A DNA stretch of 64,000 nucleotides from Candidatus Cloacimonadales bacterium (GTDB lineage: Bacteria > Cloacimonadota > Cloacimonadia > Cloacimonadales > JAFGVF01): NCBI GenBank assembly GCA_963678315.1, contig OY782781.1, forward strand, positions 2,432,001-2,496,000. The letters are read 5' to 3'. How positions within the stretch are numbered: position 1 is the first letter of the stretch; the number at the start of each line of letters is the position of its first letter. The notes below the pieces were generated by a model that searched no databases, had not been told where the DNA came from, and saw only the letters and a program-made list of their open reading frames with translations. Made by a program: the position numbers and the translations under genes. This document shows positions 48,485 through 58,874 of this stretch, in pieces.

Positions 48485-49441
48485 TTATAACTCAATTTTT
48501 TCTTTGTTTATATTTATGATTAATAAGCTAATAATTAATGATGAAATTACTGCAAGCATCATATGGTAAGGAAGTATAGTTGCTTGTTTGATTAAATATG
48601 AATAAATAAGCTCATAACTACTCACTACAAGTAGAATTAGCAATACAAAAGACTTACTAAAAGCTAATAGCTTGAAGTATTTTACTGGATTAACACGTCC
48701 TTGTAATAGTAATTTAGTTAATGTTAGATATTTTAGTCTGAAGTACTGGTCTAATAGTCTAACTAATAAAACTAGAATTAAACACAATACAAGTGAGAAA
48801 GCTATCATGATATATTTCCATAACTTATCTCTTTCAGACCTAAGATTTTCAATTTTGTAATTATCACTTAGTTTCATCATAATATCACCACTTTCTGACT
48901 TATTGTAGTAGTAATGTTTAATGTTTGACTTAACAGAAGGTAAATTACCTTTTTGAATAAAAGAATATTCTTGATTAACAAGATAATCTTCAATAGCACT
49001 GATTAACATAGGATTCTTTTCACTTTGTCCAAAGTTTATAAGAAGCTCATTAGGTAAAAATAGCTTTAAGTTGTTAAGCAAAGATTTATTCTTGTTACTG
49101 AACTTTGATTTTCTCATATACTTCACTATATCACTGTCATAAAGTAAAGAATCAATAAAAGAAGCTTGTTCTTGAATGGTTATAGACTTAAATTCTTTTA
49201 AAGGATAAATTTTGGTTATATCGCTTTTAACTCTTTCAAGCTCATTTACATCATTGTGGTAAATTGAAAACTGTAATTTACTATATCTATCCAGCAGGAT
49301 TTGTTTCTGATAATCATTAAAACTCTTTGCTTTTTCACCAAATGAATAAGATCTAATTTCGTTATATCCAAAACCAATAGCTAAAACTATAATATAAACT
49401 ATTAGGATTGATATATTAAAGACTATGAATCTCTTCTTCAT
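48485..49441 (-). CDS. Membrane protein with FtsX-like topology (divergent)
   Basis: One N-terminal TM, large extracytoplasmic loop, three C-terminal TMs; coupled to the ABC ATPase gene. Confidence 0.45.
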   Translation of the reverse strand: MKKRFIVFNISILIVYIIVLAIGFGYNEIRSYSFGEKAKSFNDYQKQILLDRYSKLQFSIYHNDVNELERVKSDITKIYPLKEFKSITIQEQASFIDSLLYDSDIVKYMRKSKFSNKNKSLLNNLKLFLPNELLINFGQSEKNPMLISAIEDYLVNQEYSFIQKGNLPSVKSNIKHYYYNKSESGDIMMKLSDNYKIENLRSERDKLWKYIMIAFSLVLCLILVLLVRLLDQYFRLKYLTLTKLLLQGRVNPVKYFKLLAFSKSFVLLILLVVSSYELIYSYLIKQATILPYHMMLAVISSLIISLLIININKEKIEL

Positions 49442-50034
49442 ACTAATTTCACCTCATAATCTTCAATATTGTACTTTTTCTCTACCTCATCTAATTTCTG
49501 ACTTGAAGTCATTAACACACTTCCACTTTCTTTAGAAAAAAGCATTAATATTTTTCCAACTATCTCCAGAATTTCTTTTTTAACAATTCTATCAAAGTCA
49601 TCAATTAAAAGAAGAACCGGGTTCAATCCACATCCTAGGCATAAGTTAAGAAGAATTTTCTCATTATTGTTTAATTCACTAATCTTATAAGTCAGCTTAT
49701 CACCAAGCTCTGCAATTAGCAAATATTCTAGAACTTGTTGATAGTGATTTTTGTAGTAACTCTTAAGAAGTTTATCAATTGTACAGTCTTCCAATAAATG
49801 AAGATTCTCAGTAAGCATACAGGTCAATGGTCTCTTTTCAATTTCCTCATTTACTATAGAAATCTGTCCGTCATACTTTCTGTATAATCCATGAATAGTA
49901 TTTAAGAGTAGAGTTTTACCAGACTTAGAAGCTCCTGTAACCACACAAAATTCGCTCTTATTTATGGTCATTTTCTCTATTGAGAGTAGTGTTTGACTTT
50001 TATTATTTATCTTTACATCATTAATTTCGAGCAT
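49438..50034 (-). CDS. Degenerate ABC ATP-binding protein (FtsE-like position)
   Basis: Walker A GASKSGKT present; signature reads ELNNNEK; Walker B LLLIDDF; no H-loop His. Confidence 0.7.
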   Translation of the reverse strand: MLEINDVKINNKSQTLLSIEKMTINKSEFCVVTGASKSGKTLLLNTIHGLYRKYDGQISIVNEEIEKRPLTCMLTENLHLLEDCTIDKLLKSYYKNHYQQVLEYLLIAELGDKLTYKISELNNNEKILLNLCLGCGLNPVLLLIDDFDRIVKKEILEIVGKILMLFSKESGSVLMTSSQKLDEVEKKYNIEDYEVKLV

Positions 50035-50651
50035 CTTTTTATCCTAACCAAGACTAATTTATTGTTATATATAGTACTTTCTATTTTTAATTCATTTCTT
50101 GCTACATTTTCTTCAATTTCATTCATCCTATCTTTTGGATAGAGCAAATAAGCATTACCATTTTCATTAAGATTACAAGCTACACATTTTATTACATCTT
50201 GCATAGAACATTTTAATTCAAACTTTGCAATATTAGATATATAGCTTGCAGATAATCTGCCCGTGCCTAGCTTTCTAAAAGGAGGGTTTGAGATAATAAT
50301 ATCGTATTTTTCATTACTTTTATAGTGTTTTATATCAGCATGTTTAAACTTACATTGTGCCTCTTGTAGGGTGCGATTTTCCCTTGCTAAAGACACAAGG
50401 GAATCATCAAGTTCAATTCCTGTAAAACACCATTTACTAAAAGTCTTTGCCAACATGAATATATTAATACCGTTTCCAGATCCTAACTCTAAACACCTTA
50501 GTGATTGCTGTCTATGTTCTATATAGAGTTTTACTACTTCTGCATTTATAAACTCGTTATCTGACGATATCTTTTGTCCTTCATTTAATTGAAAGATATA
50601 GCTTCCATCTGGCAAGGTAACTTTTTGTAATTTATTAATATTATTTTTCAC
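50013..50651 (-). CDS. SAM-dependent methyltransferase, tRNA1(Val) A37 N6-methyltransferase-like
   Basis: LELGSGNG, GIELD, DIIISNPPF, IAKFE. Start probably GTG 50651 rather than 50684. Confidence 0.75.
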   Translation of the reverse strand: MKNNINKLQKVTLPDGSYIFQLNEGQKISSDNEFINAEVVKLYIEHRQQSLRCLELGSGNGINIFMLAKTFSKWCFTGIELDDSLVSLARENRTLQEAQCKFKHADIKHYKSNEKYDIIISNPPFRKLGTGRLSASYISNIAKFELKCSMQDVIKCVACNLNENGNAYLLYPKDRMNEIEENVARNELKIESTIYNNKLVLVRIKRCSKLMM

Positions 50652-51567
50652 CTTTATTCTTAGAATATTCAAGCATAGCATCAATACTTTTCTTCGCTTC
50701 TAGTCTAAGATCATTTGGTAAAGTTATTTCGAAACTTTCTTCTTCTAAACTTCTCAGCACATCTGCGACATGTATTTTCTTCATATTAACACAAACTGCA
50801 TTCTGAGCTAGAGGAATAATATTCTTACCAGGATTATCCTTCTTAATTTGTTCAAAAAGTCCTACTTCAGTACCAATAATTAAGTTATCATTTTCTTTAG
50901 CAAAATCTGCCATACCTTTTGTTGAAGCTACTAGATCAGCATGTTTAACAATATTAGTAGGACATTCTGGATGAACCAATAGTTTATATTTTGGATGTTC
51001 TTTTTTAGCATTTTTAACATCACTTTCAGTCATTTTAATATGATGAACAGGACAATAACCATCCCATACTACCACATTTCTGCCAGTTTGATGAGCAGCA
51101 TAAGTCCCAAGATTTTGGTCTGGAACAAATAAAATCTTCTTATCTTTAGGTAGACTGTTTATTATATCCACAGCATTTGATGAAGTACAGCAAATATCAC
51201 TTTCAGCTTTAATTTCAGCAGTAGAATTAACATAACACATCACAATAGCACCTGGATGATTTTGTTTAAACTGCTTCAATTGTTCTCTAGTAATCATTTC
51301 AGCCATAGGACAACCTGCGTCCTTAACAGGCAACAATACTTTTGTAGATGGGGATAGGATTTTAGCAGTTTCAGCCATAAATTTAACCCCACAAAAGAGA
51401 ATCATTTTAGCTTTCACTTTTGAAGCTTCTATGGATAACTGTAATGAATCACCAACAAAATCTGCAAGTTCTTGAATATCAAGAGTTACATAGTTATGGG
51501 CTAAGATTACAGCATCTTTTTCTTTCTTTAGTATCTTTATTTTTTCAATTAAATCTTTATTTTCCAT
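50641..51567 (-). CDS. nadA: Quinolinate synthase A
   Basis: ILAHNY, GDSLQL, FCGVKFMAETAK, AGCPMA, YVNS, CCTSSNA, HPEC, CVNMK. Confidence 0.96.
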   Translation of the reverse strand: MENKDLIEKIKILKKEKDAVILAHNYVTLDIQELADFVGDSLQLSIEASKVKAKMILFCGVKFMAETAKILSPSTKVLLPVKDAGCPMAEMITREQLKQFKQNHPGAIVMCYVNSTAEIKAESDICCTSSNAVDIINSLPKDKKILFVPDQNLGTYAAHQTGRNVVVWDGYCPVHHIKMTESDVKNAKKEHPKYKLLVHPECPTNIVKHADLVASTKGMADFAKENDNLIIGTEVGLFEQIKKDNPGKNIIPLAQNAVCVNMKKIHVADVLRSLEEESFEITLPNDLRLEAKKSIDAMLEYSKNKGEK

Positions 51568-51575
51568 TGTTTCCT

Positions 51576-52010
51576 CTATATCTTAGTATGACCAAAGCCA
51601 CCTTCACCTCTAACAGTTTCAGAAAGACTATCAACCTCATTAAAATGAACATTTTCATATTTAGCCACAACCATTTGGGCAATCCTCATGCCATGCTTTA
51701 TAACAAAATCTTCTTTACCAAGGTTCATAAGAATCACTTTAACTTCTCCTCTATAATCAGGATCTATAGTCCCAGGAGAATTTAATACACAAATCTGATT
51801 TTTTAAAGCAAGTCCACTTCTAGGTCTAATTTGTACCTCATAGCCAGGTTCAATAGCAATTGATAGTCCAGTTGGAACAAGAGCTACTTTACCAGCCTCA
51901 ATAAGCATATCTGAGTTTAAACAGGCAGATACATCGTAACCTACTGCATGATCTGAATATTTTTGAGGTATGATAGCTTTAGCATCATTTTTTTTTATTT
52001 CAATCTTCAT
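51576..52010 (-). CDS. dut: dUTP diphosphatase
   Basis: QIRPRSGLA, NSPGTIDPDYRGE, RIAQ, RGEGGFGHT. Confidence 0.96.
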   Translation of the reverse strand: MKIEIKKNDAKAIIPQKYSDHAVGYDVSACLNSDMLIEAGKVALVPTGLSIAIEPGYEVQIRPRSGLALKNQICVLNSPGTIDPDYRGEVKVILMNLGKEDFVIKHGMRIAQMVVAKYENVHFNEVDSLSETVRGEGGFGHTKI

Positions 52011-52906
52011 TAGAATTTTCTGGTTAATATAAAGTCAGTTAGAAGTTGCAACATTTCAGCTTTTTCTCCATAGAAATTAAGTATTCTTTTTGCGCTACGG
52101 ATTAATTTATCAGCCATTTCATGTGATTTTTCTAAGCCATGAACAGCTGGGAAAGTAGCTTTGTTCACATCTGCATCTTTTCCGATAGACTTTCCAAGAA
52201 CTTTTGGATCACCTTCAATATCAAGAATATCATCAACAATCTGGAATGCTAAACCAATTTTTGTAGCATACTTATCAAGTCTTTGAATATCTTCTTCAGA
52301 AGCATTTGCAGCTAAACAACCAAATCTAACAGCTAAATTTAAAAGTTTTCCAGTCTTATTATCATGTATATATTCTAACATTCTTTTAGACACTTTCTTA
52401 TCTTCGTGTTCTATATCTTGTATTTGACCAGATATAAGACCCTCATGACCACTCACCTGAGCAAGTTCTTTAATGTAAAATATCTTTTCTTCATCTGTAA
52501 ATGGAGAACTATTAATTAATTCGAAGGCTGATACAAGCAGAGCATCTCCTGCTAAGAGTGCTATATCTGGACCATAGACAACATGACATGTTTTTTTGCC
52601 TCTACGCATATCATCATTATCAATTTCAGGCAAATCATCATGGATTAAAGTATAGGTATGTAGCAGTTCAATTGCTCCAGCTAGATATTTTACTTTAGAA
52701 AAGTCATCATCAAAAAGAGAATAAATCGATAATGTTAAATAAGGTCTAATCCTTTTACCACCTGCAAACAAAGTATGTCTAATTGCTTTATGAATGTGTT
52801 TTGGATATTCATCTTTGCGTGGTAAAAATCTATCTAATATAATATTAACAATTTCACGTTTTTCTTTTATATCTCTTTTTATTAACATCGATTTAGGATT
52901 AGTCAT
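52010..52906 (-). CDS. ispA: Farnesyl/geranylgeranyl diphosphate synthase
   Basis: GGKRIRP, LIHDDLP..DNDD.RRG, FQIVDDILD; follows xseB. Confidence 0.88.
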   Translation of the reverse strand: MTNPKSMLIKRDIKEKREIVNIILDRFLPRKDEYPKHIHKAIRHTLFAGGKRIRPYLTLSIYSLFDDDFSKVKYLAGAIELLHTYTLIHDDLPEIDNDDMRRGKKTCHVVYGPDIALLAGDALLVSAFELINSSPFTDEEKIFYIKELAQVSGHEGLISGQIQDIEHEDKKVSKRMLEYIHDNKTGKLLNLAVRFGCLAANASEEDIQRLDKYATKIGLAFQIVDDILDIEGDPKVLGKSIGKDADVNKATFPAVHGLEKSHEMADKLIRSAKRILNFYGEKAEMLQLLTDFILTRKF

Positions 52907-52911
52907 TTATA

Positions 52912-53115
52912 TCATTCTCCTGAATTATTTCTATTAATAACATTTATTTTTTCTTCAAATTTCTTTAGTTCTTTTTCACAGTACTTTATCAACTCATTAC
53001 CTTTTTCATACAAAGTAATCATTTTATCAAGCGGTAAATTACTTTCTTCTATTTGAGCAATAATATCGTTGAGCTCTTCAATAGCTTTTTCGTAAGTAAT
53101 GTTTTTTGATGCCAT
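52912..53115 (-). CDS. xseB: Exodeoxyribonuclease VII small subunit
   Basis: TYEKAIEEL..I...E...LPLD....LYEKG..L...C. Confidence 0.9.
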   Translation of the reverse strand: MASKNITYEKAIEELNDIIAQIEESNLPLDKMITLYEKGNELIKYCEKELKKFEEKINVINRNNSGE

Positions 53116-53123
53116 CTTTTTAC

Positions 53124-54050
53124 CTACTTGAACATTGCAGATACAAATTCTTTTGCATCAAAATCTTGTAAATCATCTATTCCTTCACCAAGTCCTATCA
53201 GTCTAACAGGAACATTTAAAACTCTCTTAATATTTAAAACAATACCACCCTTAGCTGTACCATCTAATTTTGTTAGTACTAACCCTGTTAAAGGAATAAT
53301 ACCATTGAATGTTTTAGCTTGATTTACAGCATTCTGACCAGTTGTAGCGTCTAATACCAAGAAAACCTCATGAGGTGCTTCTGGTATTACTTTTTTAATA
53401 GTTCTATTTATTTTTTCTAGTTCTTGCATTAAGTTAGCTCTATTATGTTGTCGACCTGCAGTATCTATCAGAACTACATCTTTGTCTCTTGCAACTGCAG
53501 CTTTTAATCCATCAAAAACAACTGAAGAAGGGTCAGCACCATGTGACTGCTTAATTATTTCTACATCAGATCTATCTGCCCAAATATCTAATTGTTCGAT
53601 TGCAGCAGCTCTAAATGTATCCCCTGCAATCATCAAAACAGACTTTCCTTCCTGTGTAAAACGCTTTGCTAATTTACCAATTGTAGTTGTCTTACCAACA
53701 CCATTCACTCCAATAAATAAAAATACTTGAGGTACATTGTCGTTGAATACAAATACTTCTTCTTTTTCCTCATAACCTTCAAGAAGTTCTGCACTCATGA
53801 TATCTTGGATAATTCTTTGCACTTCTTCTGCATCTTGAATTTTATTGATTCTAATCTCATCTCTTAGCTTGTCAATAATCTCCATTGACATCTCAACGCC
53901 TGTATCACCTTGTAATAAAATTTCCTCTAATTCTTCGAGAAGTTCTTCATCAACCTTACCTCTAATTTTTACGGCTTCAGCTATTTTACCTATGAAATTA
54001 CTCTTGGTCGTTGCTAATTTATCCTTAAGTTTCTTAACAAACTTGAACAT
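53124..54050 (-). CDS. ftsY: SRP receptor FtsY
   Basis: GVNGVGKTTTIGKLA, DTFRAAAIEQL, DTAGR, DATTGQN, TKLDGTAKGG. Confidence 0.97.
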   Translation of the reverse strand: MFKFVKKLKDKLATTKSNFIGKIAEAVKIRGKVDEELLEELEEILLQGDTGVEMSMEIIDKLRDEIRINKIQDAEEVQRIIQDIMSAELLEGYEEKEEVFVFNDNVPQVFLFIGVNGVGKTTTIGKLAKRFTQEGKSVLMIAGDTFRAAAIEQLDIWADRSDVEIIKQSHGADPSSVVFDGLKAAVARDKDVVLIDTAGRQHNRANLMQELEKINRTIKKVIPEAPHEVFLVLDATTGQNAVNQAKTFNGIIPLTGLVLTKLDGTAKGGIVLNIKRVLNVPVRLIGLGEGIDDLQDFDAKEFVSAMFK

Positions 54051-54434
54051 TAAAACTCCTATTTTTTTAGATAATGCACCATTTTATGTAAAGAGTCTAA
54101 CTTATTCTTACAGAAATTCTTCACCTATACATAAAACTCAACTTGACTAATATTATAATAATATAAAAACACTACTACATTACCTAAATCTCACTACAAT
54201 TCTTTTATAAGTCATTATACACAAGCTATTAATAAAGTCAATGAAAAATATTATCAAATAACTTTTTATAGAAGACGGATTACTTTAGCCTATATAAGTC
54301 ACTCACAAATTACATCTTGGTCATTAGATCTTTTGAAACAGCTCAAATACCGTGTGTAAACATCCACCATCAGGTTGAAGGAATTTCATGCTTACCCAAA
54401 GATAAGCACATTGTAACTCCTCCTAACTCCTCTA

Positions 54435-54483
54435 TTACTTGCCTCCTTGAAAAAAAGCCAATTTTTCAAGGAGACCCTTAAGG
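54435..54483. repeat. REP/MITE-like palindrome, copy 3
   Basis: TTACTTGCCTCCTTGAAAAAAAGCCAATTTTTCAAGGAGACCCTTAAGG. Confidence 0.75.
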
Positions 54484-54508
54484 CAGAAGATACTTTCTAT
54501 AATAAAGA

Positions 54509-54534
54509 AAGGGACACCATAGTTGGAGTCCCTT
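54509..54534. terminator. Terminator-like hairpin after the TPR gene
   Basis: AAGGGACACCA-TAGT-TGGAGTCCCTT. Confidence 0.55.
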
Positions 54535-54561
54535 AAAAAGAAATATATTTATTAACTAGAA

Positions 54562-56229
54562 TTAGAAACTTGTTTCTAATCTTTCATTAATTTCTCTTAA
54601 GCTAGCTAATCTTTTATCAATAACTTTGATAACATTAGGTTTTGTTGTAAGTTTCATAGCTTTATTTAGATTTTCTTCTACAGAAGTGAATAAATCTCTA
54701 GCTTGGTTTTTAGCTTCATCTCTTTTGTTAGCAAGAGTTTCAGCTTTAGAACCTGAAGCTTTAGGAATTTCTCTGTTAAATTTCTTTGCTTCATTATATT
54801 TATCAAGACCTTTAGATTGTTCAATTTGAGCAATGATTAATAGTGGAGCATAATTAGTAGGGCTAAATGTTCTTGCTTTTTTAGCATTTTCTTCAGCTTT
54901 TTTATAGTTCTTTTCTCCATAATATAAACTTGCAAGTCTGTTATAAACAATACCATTAGTATTATCAATTTTTATTACTTTATTGAATGTAGCTAAAGCT
55001 TTTTTATTATATGATTTAGCTGTTTTATTTTTATTGTTTTTCTTTGCTTCATTAGCAGCAGCTAAGTACATGTTAGCAAGATTAAGTCTTGAGTTGATAT
55101 CATTCTTATCTTTTTTAACGATTTTTTCATAGTTTGTAATAGCTTGTTCAATTTGTCCAGATTGTTGGTAAGCAGTAACAAGGTTATCTGTGATAATATC
55201 ATCATCAGGATTAGCTTGGTTTACTTTTTCTAAGTAAGGGATTGCATCAACAAAAGCTTGTTTATCAAAAAGAATGATAGCATATCTATAAATAGTATCA
55301 AGATCTTCTTCATCAATTTCAAGAGCTTTTAAAACAGCCATTTCCATGTTATTCAAGTCATTAGCTCTTGAATACATATCAGCAAGTTCAATCCATCTTT
55401 CTTTTGTGTTTTCAATTTCAGCAAGTTCTTTCATAGGGTTTGTTGCTTCTCTAAACTTATTTTGCATTAGATAAGTTTGAGCTTGTCTTTCACGGTATTT
55501 GATAGTACCAGCTGTATCTTGAGCAACTAAGTAATCAAATCTTGCAAGAGCTTGGTCATATTCTTCATTCTTAAGATTGATAAGACCTAAGTAGTAATAT
55601 GGCTCAGTGCTTTCAGGATTAATTTTAATAATATTTTCGAAAGATTCTTTAGCTAAATCATATTTTTTAACATTATAGTTTTGAATAGCTAAGTCGGTTA
55701 ATTTTGTCATTTCACCAACAACAAAATCATCTAATTCTTTCATGAATTTTGTATCAAGTGTTGTGAGTCTTTCATTTTTGTATTTTGTTAAAACTAATTT
55801 ACTAGGAGTAACATCACCTGTTCTCATAGAAGACATATTGTAAGTCATATTGAACCAAGGATTTCTTTTCTCTTCGATAGTAGCAGTAACCACGATATCT
55901 GCATTAAGTTCTTTACCTAAGTCTTCAATTTCTTCAGGTTCTAATTCTTCAACAGATAAGTCTTCACCTAAATCTAAGAAAGCTTCATTAGTTTGAGCTA
56001 AGTCAACTAGTTCAAATTTAGCAGATTTTCCAAAGATTAATTCTAAATCTCTAACTTCCATAATTTTTTTAATGTAACCACTCTGTGAATCGAGTTTTTC
56101 TAAAGGTAAAATAGCAACTCTGATAGGGTTGTCTATCTTCTCAACTTTAGTTCCATCAAACTCAGAAGTTAGGTTCATACTACAAGCGAATAAAAAAGCG
56201 CTCAGTAGAATTACAATAATTTTTCTCAT
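54562..56229 (-). CDS. TPR-repeat lipoprotein
   Basis: Lipobox LFAC; CsgG/TolB-N-like 'VAILP...LGKELNADIVV' domain; multiple TPRs. Confidence 0.8.
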   Translation of the reverse strand: MRKIIVILLSAFLFACSMNLTSEFDGTKVEKIDNPIRVAILPLEKLDSQSGYIKKIMEVRDLELIFGKSAKFELVDLAQTNEAFLDLGEDLSVEELEPEEIEDLGKELNADIVVTATIEEKRNPWFNMTYNMSSMRTGDVTPSKLVLTKYKNERLTTLDTKFMKELDDFVVGEMTKLTDLAIQNYNVKKYDLAKESFENIIKINPESTEPYYYLGLINLKNEEYDQALARFDYLVAQDTAGTIKYRERQAQTYLMQNKFREATNPMKELAEIENTKERWIELADMYSRANDLNNMEMAVLKALEIDEEDLDTIYRYAIILFDKQAFVDAIPYLEKVNQANPDDDIITDNLVTAYQQSGQIEQAITNYEKIVKKDKNDINSRLNLANMYLAAANEAKKNNKNKTAKSYNKKALATFNKVIKIDNTNGIVYNRLASLYYGEKNYKKAEENAKKARTFSPTNYAPLLIIAQIEQSKGLDKYNEAKKFNREIPKASGSKAETLANKRDEAKNQARDLFTSVEENLNKAMKLTTKPNVIKVIDKRLASLREINERLETSF

Positions 56230-56313
56230 ATATCCTCCACGATAATATTCATTTATTTAAAAAAAATTTATTTATATTCATTAAGTCAATAATTTTCTTA
56301 TAATTTTTGAAGT

Positions 56314-57060
56314 TTAGTAAATTTTTGTAACAGTTCCAGAATAAAAAGGTTGAATTAAATTCTCATCAAGTTCAAGAATTAAAGCCCCTTTATTATTAAC
56401 TTTCAGCACTGTTCCAGAGAACTTTTGAAATTCAGTATCTAGCTCAATAAGTTTATCTGTAAGATATGCATAACTATTAAAGTAATCTTTATAATAAGCA
56501 AATCCCTTTTCAATAAAGATTGGTAAATTCTTGTACAATTTATCTAAGAATTGAACAAGTATTACCTTATTATCAATCTCACTTGATAAATATCTCTTGA
56601 GTGATGTAGCAATGTTTAATAACTCATCTGGTAATTCATCAACATTTGAATCTAAACCAATTCCACAAACAAGATATTTAGCCCAAGAAAAATATGAAGT
56701 TAGAATACCACATATTTTTTTATCTTCAATAAAGATATCATTTGGCCATTTTATTTTTAAGGTATTTTCTAGTAAAGGAAAATTATCAATCAATGTTTCA
56801 TGGAGCAAGACTGACATAAAAAGTGTAATTGAGCTATCTTGCACAATGTTATATAAACCAAGAGAGAACCATAATCCCCCAGAAGGCGAATACCATACAT
56901 TTTTACCTCTACCTTTACCAGAATCTTGTTCTTCGGCTAATACTAAAAAGTTCCCTTTAACCAAATTATCTTTAATCATAGAAAGAGCTAAAGTAGAAGT
57001 GCTGTTAACCCTCTTCTTCTGGATAATTTCATCAAGTAATGGATGTTCTTCGATAAGCAT
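56314..57060 (-). CDS. birA: Biotin--[acetyl-CoA carboxylase] ligase (no N-terminal HTH)
   Basis: AEEQ..GKGR..N.W.SP, KIKWPND, KKICGIL. Confidence 0.92.
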   Translation of the reverse strand: MLIEEHPLLDEIIQKKRVNSTSTLALSMIKDNLVKGNFLVLAEEQDSGKGRGKNVWYSPSGGLWFSLGLYNIVQDSSITLFMSVLLHETLIDNFPLLENTLKIKWPNDIFIEDKKICGILTSYFSWAKYLVCGIGLDSNVDELPDELLNIATSLKRYLSSEIDNKVILVQFLDKLYKNLPIFIEKGFAYYKDYFNSYAYLTDKLIELDTEFQKFSGTVLKVNNKGALILELDENLIQPFYSGTVTKIY

Positions 57061-57069
57061 AATAATCCT

Positions 57070-58110
57070 TTAGATAATTAACATAGCATCGCCATAACTA
57101 AAAAATCTATATTTTTCAGCAACAGCTTCTTTATAAGCATTCATAACATTATCATAACCAGCAAATGCTGAAATCATCATTAATAAAGTAGATTCAGGCA
57201 TGTGGAAGTTAGTTATAAGACCGTCAATAATCTTTAGTTGTTTACCAGGATAGATGAAAATACTTGTCCATTTCTCTCCGTGCTCAAGTCTATCATCTTT
57301 TACGAAACTTTCTAAGGTTCTAGTTGAGGTTGTACCAACAGTTATGACACGTCTGTGTTCATCCTTAGCTCTATTAACTATTTCTGCAGTTTCCTTAGAA
57401 ATATAACAGAATTCAGAGTGCATTTTATGTTCTTCGATATTATCAGTTTTAACTGGTCTGAATGTACCAAGCCCGACATGTAGAATAACTTCGGTAATGA
57501 TAACACCTTTTAGTCTCAAAGCTTCAATAATAGAGTCATCAAAGTGTAATCCAGCTGTGGGAGCGGCAACAGATCCTTTAATCTTAGCATAGATAGTTTG
57601 GTAAGTTCTTGAATCAGATTTTTCGGCTTCTCGCTTTATATAGGGAGGAAGTGGAATATGACCAATATCACTAAGAGCTTCCCAGAAATTACCTTCGTAA
57701 GCAAACTCGACAACTCTTGCTCCCTCATCAGCGTTATCTATAACTGTAGCTTTAAAAGTATCAGAAAATAATATTTCTGTACCAATCTTGCACCTTTTCA
57801 CAGGTTTAACAAGACATTTCCATTTGTCTTTTTCAATGTGATTTAGAAGAAATACTTCTATCTTTGCGCCTGTCTCCTTTTCTCCAATAAGTCTAGCCGG
57901 AATAACTTTTGTAGCATTAACCACTAGAACATCACCTGCTTTAAAATAATCAACAATATTCTTAAAATTATCGTGATTAACATGACCATTGCTTCTATCA
58001 AGAACAAGTAATCTAGAACTTGAACGATTCTCTAAAGGATATTGAGCAACTAATTCTTCTGGTAAATCATAATGATAACTCTTTTTATTCAATAAATCTA
58101 TTGATATCAT
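57070..58110 (-). CDS. queA: S-adenosylmethionine:tRNA ribosyltransferase-isomerase
   Basis: YDLPEELVAQ, PLPPYI, GSVAAPTAGLHF, LHVGLGTF, TNFH.P.STL, YRFFSYGDAM. Start re-assigned to ATG 58110. Confidence 0.96.
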   Translation of the reverse strand: MISIDLLNKKSYHYDLPEELVAQYPLENRSSSRLLVLDRSNGHVNHDNFKNIVDYFKAGDVLVVNATKVIPARLIGEKETGAKIEVFLLNHIEKDKWKCLVKPVKRCKIGTEILFSDTFKATVIDNADEGARVVEFAYEGNFWEALSDIGHIPLPPYIKREAEKSDSRTYQTIYAKIKGSVAAPTAGLHFDDSIIEALRLKGVIITEVILHVGLGTFRPVKTDNIEEHKMHSEFCYISKETAEIVNRAKDEHRRVITVGTTSTRTLESFVKDDRLEHGEKWTSIFIYPGKQLKIIDGLITNFHMPESTLLMMISAFAGYDNVMNAYKEAVAEKYRFFSYGDAMLII

Positions 58111-58112
58111 AT

Positions 58113-58874
58113 TTATACTTTTCCACCTGTTAAGTAAATTTCCTCTCCAGTTATATAGCTGTTTTGTTCTGAAGCAAAGAAGAGGCAACTTTTAAATAAG
58201 TCTTCTGGTTCCACAAATCTATTTATGGGTATATTTTGCAATTCTTTTTTAAAATATTCTTTTCTAAACTCCTGATAATGTTCAGGAAAATGGCTTTGAT
58301 CAACATTGACAGGTCCAGGGGAAATCGTATTTATTAGAATGTTATATTCACTGTATTCTAGGGATACTGTTCTTGTAAGATTAGCTAATGCACCCTTAGA
58401 CACAGCGTAAGCCGTTCCAAATTTCAGACCTGTTCTACTTATATTTGAGCCTAAAAAAACTATTCTACCATCCCTTAACCTCTGATAATAGGGTATTAAA
58501 ATATGGAGTAAATTATAACATGAAAGAATGTTTACTTCTACAATATTCCACCAATGAGAACCTTCAGTATCAGCCAGAAGCTTATGATCATTTGACCTTA
58601 ATGCTGCAGTATGTATTAGACTAATAGGAATAAAACCTTTCTCTTTGTGATATTCTTCAATAATATATTTAAGCTGTTCATAATCAGTTAATTCACATGA
58701 TTTTATGGTTAAAAACTTATCTCTTTCGCTAACTGAAGAGACAATATCCTTAAGTCTATCGCTAGTTTGATGCACTAATGCAAATACCTGATATCCTTCT
58801 TCGAGAAATCGTTTAACAAAATATGCCCCAATGGCTCCGTTAGCCCCAGTTATAATAATACTTTTCTTACTCAT
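58113..58874 (-). CDS. Short-chain dehydrogenase/reductase
   Basis: ITGANGAIG, YAVSK, NTISPG, YITGE. Confidence 0.88.
   Translation of the reverse strand: MSKKSIIITGANGAIGAYFVKRFLEEGYQVFALVHQTSDRLKDIVSSVSERDKFLTIKSCELTDYEQLKYIIEEYHKEKGFIPISLIHTAALRSNDHKLLADTEGSHWWNIVEVNILSCYNLLHILIPYYQRLRDGRIVFLGSNISRTGLKFGTAYAVSKGALANLTRTVSLEYSEYNILINTISPGPVNVDQSHFPEHYQEFRKEYFKKELQNIPINRFVEPEDLFKSCLFFASEQNSYITGEEIYLTGGKV

Noticed and set aside
54060..54420. Long intergenic region upstream of ftsY as an ncRNA (SRP/6S) or riboswitch
   Set aside because: One small hairpin only; no SRP, 6S or riboswitch consensus recognised by eye. An Infernal/Rfam scan would be needed.
58111..58188. N-terminal extension of QueA given in the ORF track
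   Set aside because: Overlaps the SDR gene end; conserved QueA sequence starts after ATG 58110.
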